Positions 62,131 to 64,000 of a DNA stretch of 64,000 nt are shown here, one piece after another. Source of the stretch: Rikenellaceae bacterium (GTDB taxonomy: Bacteria > Bacteroidota > Bacteroidia > Bacteroidales > Rikenellaceae). The stretch spans positions 337 through 64,336 of the forward strand of contig JBCQUC010000004.1 of assembly GCA_047174275.1 (NCBI GenBank), given 5' to 3'. Within the stretch, counting starts at the first letter, position 1. The number at the start of each line of letters is the position of its first letter. Made by a program: the position numbers and the translations under genes. Under the pieces are notes generated by a model, which saw only the letters and a list, made by a program, of their open reading frames with translations, had not been told where the DNA came from and made no database searches.

Positions 62131-62641
62131 GGGTCGATTAATTACCCCACCAAAGAATCTTCGAGCACGTCCAACAACCGATTTTGCAAAGGAGAATCTA
62201 TTTAATGTGTTGCAGTGTATCGTTGATTTTGAGGAGTGTGATGTTTTGGATCTTTTTGCGGGTACAGGGTCGATTAGTTATGAGTTTGCGTCGAGGGGTG
62301 CAAAGAGTGTGACATCGGTCGAGATAAACAGTGTGCATTATAATTTTATTCGACGAACGGCGGCAGATCTGGGAATTGATAATCTGTATGCAGTAAAGGC
62401 GAATGTGTTTTTGTATTTGAAGAGTTGTGCAAAGCGATTTGATATAATTTTTTCAGATGCACCGTATGATCTGGAGGGTAGTGAATCGGTGATAGATTTA
62501 GTTTTTGAGAATGATTTGCTTTCGGATGATGGATTGTTTGTTTTTGAGCACTCAAAAGGTATTGAATTTAGCAGACATCCACAGTTCTGGCAATCAAGGA
62601 GTTATGGGAGTGTCCAGTTCTCGTTTTTCAAAAAGAGCTAA
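62105..62641 (+). CDS. rsmD: 16S rRNA m2G966 methyltransferase
   Basis: MRIISG..KG, RPTTD.AKE.LFN, LDLFAGTGS. Confidence 0.93.
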   Translation: MRIISGQYKGRLITPPKNLRARPTTDFAKENLFNVLQCIVDFEECDVLDLFAGTGSISYEFASRGAKSVTSVEINSVHYNFIRRTAADLGIDNLYAVKANVFLYLKSCAKRFDIIFSDAPYDLEGSESVIDLVFENDLLSDDGLFVFEHSKGIEFSRHPQFWQSRSYGSVQFSFFKKS

Positions 62642-62719
62642 AAAAGTTTAAACTTTCACTAGAAAAAATTTGCATAAAAGAAAAATAAGTTCTATCTTTG
62701 CAACGCAATCAACAAGAAC

Positions 62720-62793
62720 GGTGCGTTAGTTCAGTTGGTTAGAATACGTGCCTGTCACGCACGGGGTCAGGGGTTCGAGTCCCCTACGCACCG
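62720..62793 (+). tRNA. tRNA-Asp(GTC)
   Basis: Acceptor stem GGTGCGT/ACGCACC, anticodon arm CGTGC-CTGTCAC-GCACG, GGTTCGAGTCC T-arm; CCA not encoded; TATCTTTG promoter element upstream. Confidence 0.96.
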
Positions 62794-62818
62794 CTAAGGT
62801 TTCCGAACCTTACACGCT

Positions 62819-62855
62819 AAAGTCTTCAGTATTAAGTTACTGAGGACTTTTTTTT
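62819..62855 (+). terminator. Intrinsic terminator after tRNA-Asp
   Basis: AAAGTCTTCAGTA-TTAAGT-TACTGAGGACTTT followed by a T-run. Confidence 0.8.
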
Positions 62856-62873
62856 GTGCCTTTGCCACAGATC

Positions 62874-63074
62874 TTACGACAAGTTTACGACACGATATGA
62901 CACTTTCTCGTAACTAAAACGTAACCTATTCCAAAAAAACGACAATAGGTTACGATTTAGACAGAAAATAGGTTACGATTTAATGCACATCATCTTGATT
63001 TGTAATGACATAACTACTTTGAACTTATGCCGAAAAAGCAAGCGACAGCGACAACTTTACGACATACTATGACA
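62874..63074. repeat. Direct-repeat cluster, candidate integrase arm-type sites
   Basis: AATAGGTTACGATTTA at 62944 and 62967; TTTACGACA-N3-TATGACA at 62884 and 63056. Confidence 0.6.
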
Positions 63075-63151
63075 ACGTAGCCAAGTTACAAAATCTATAC
63101 ATCTCGCTAAAATATTTCAATATACATTTGTACTATTAAAACGAGAAGAGT

Positions 63152-64000
63152 ATGACAAGAACTACATTCAAGGTCGCTTTCTTTTTGAAAAGAACGGCTC
63201 GAAAGAAAAATGGATTGATGCCTATTATGGCTCGCATCACGATCAACAATAAGATGGCGCACTTCAGCACCAAGCTCGAAGTGGACGAAAAGATGTGGGA
63301 CATCTCGGCTACTAAAGCTAAAGGTCAAAGCGAAGAGAGCAAACGCATCAACAATGTCTTAGAGACGATAAAGTTTCAGATCACCAACATATATAATAGT
63401 GAGAACGCCAGAGGTGCATCTCCTACCGCTACTATCGTCAAGAATCTATTCTTTGGTATAGATAATAGTCAAGATACCCTACTGCGCTTATTTGAGAAGA
63501 ATAACGAGGATATGAGACGTCTTGTAGGTGTCAGCACTACACTTGCTAACTACAAGAAGTATGAACTCGCTAAAAGACGCTTGACTGAGTTTTTAAAGTA
63601 TAGGTATCAAATTGATGACATTCGTCCAAAAGATCTAAAGCCTGACTTCACTCGTGAATACGAGATCTTCCTACGAACAGAACGCAACCTAAGTCATAAT
63701 GTTGCTGCAAAGATGATTCAGTACCTAAAGAAGATCGTCTCGATAGCATTCAATAGCGGAGTGATCCCAACCAATCCATTTGCCGCATATAAGATCAAGA
63801 TGCAGAAGGTTGATCGAGGCTATCTAACGAAAGAGGAGTTAGAGATTATAATGACAAAGGAGATAGATGTAGAACGTCTCGACCATTTGCGAGATGTATT
63901 CTTATTCTGTTGCTGGACTGGATTGTCGTATATTGATGTTCACGGTCTTAAACGATCAAATTTGCGTGCGACGATGAATGGTGAAGTGTGGATTACTACC
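63152..64000 (+). CDS. Tyrosine integrase, Bacteroidota arm-binding/SAM-like type (partial, runs off the window)
   Basis: Absent from the ORF track; my translation reads MTRTTFKVAFFLKR...KNGLMPIMARITI...NPFAAYK...RGYLTKEEL...RDVFLFCCWTGLSYIDV, open to the window end. Confidence 0.9.
   Translation, partial: MTRTTFKVAFFLKRTARKKNGLMPIMARITINNKMAHFSTKLEVDEKMWDISATKAKGQSEESKRINNVLETIKFQITNIYNSENARGASPTATIVKNLFFGIDNSQDTLLRLFEKNNEDMRRLVGVSTTLANYKKYELAKRRLTEFLKYRYQIDDIRPKDLKPDFTREYEIFLRTERNLSHNVAAKMIQYLKKIVSIAFNSGVIPTNPFAAYKIKMQKVDRGYLTKEELEIIMTKEIDVERLDHLRDVFLFCCWTGLSYIDVHGLKRSNLRATMNGEVWITT

Overview
Chromosomal segment of an anaerobic Bacteroidota. The PrfB, CysS, Alr-MurF and DUF3822 proteins and the TAnnTTTG promoters point to Rikenellaceae (Alistipes-like). 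Housekeeping genes (cysS, prfB, murF/ddl, fba, rpsA, mutL, dnaJ/grpE, alr, mutS2, nadB, prfC, mutS, rsmD, tRNA-Asp) surround a 17-kb molybdenum-nitrogenase locus (7075-23946). The locus has two convergent operons, nifA-GNAT-nif11(+) and nifH-I1-I2-D-K-E-N-B-fdx-V-HEPN-like(-), plus modABC(-). nifH and modA carry near-identical sigma54 promoters and a shared non-canonical upstream palindrome, TACA-N4-TGTA. Three families of non-autonomous palindromic elements fill intergenic gaps. Family 1 is a nested, modular REP-doublet element (7 loci) with swappable mini-hairpins. Family 2 is a single-REP stem-loop found only just after stop codons of nif/mod genes (4 copies). Family 3 is a 161-bp MITE with 4-bp target duplications (2 copies). 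The window ends in an integrative element beside tRNA-Asp, with a partial IntDOT-like integrase. All family assignments come from motif recognition by eye; no searches were run.
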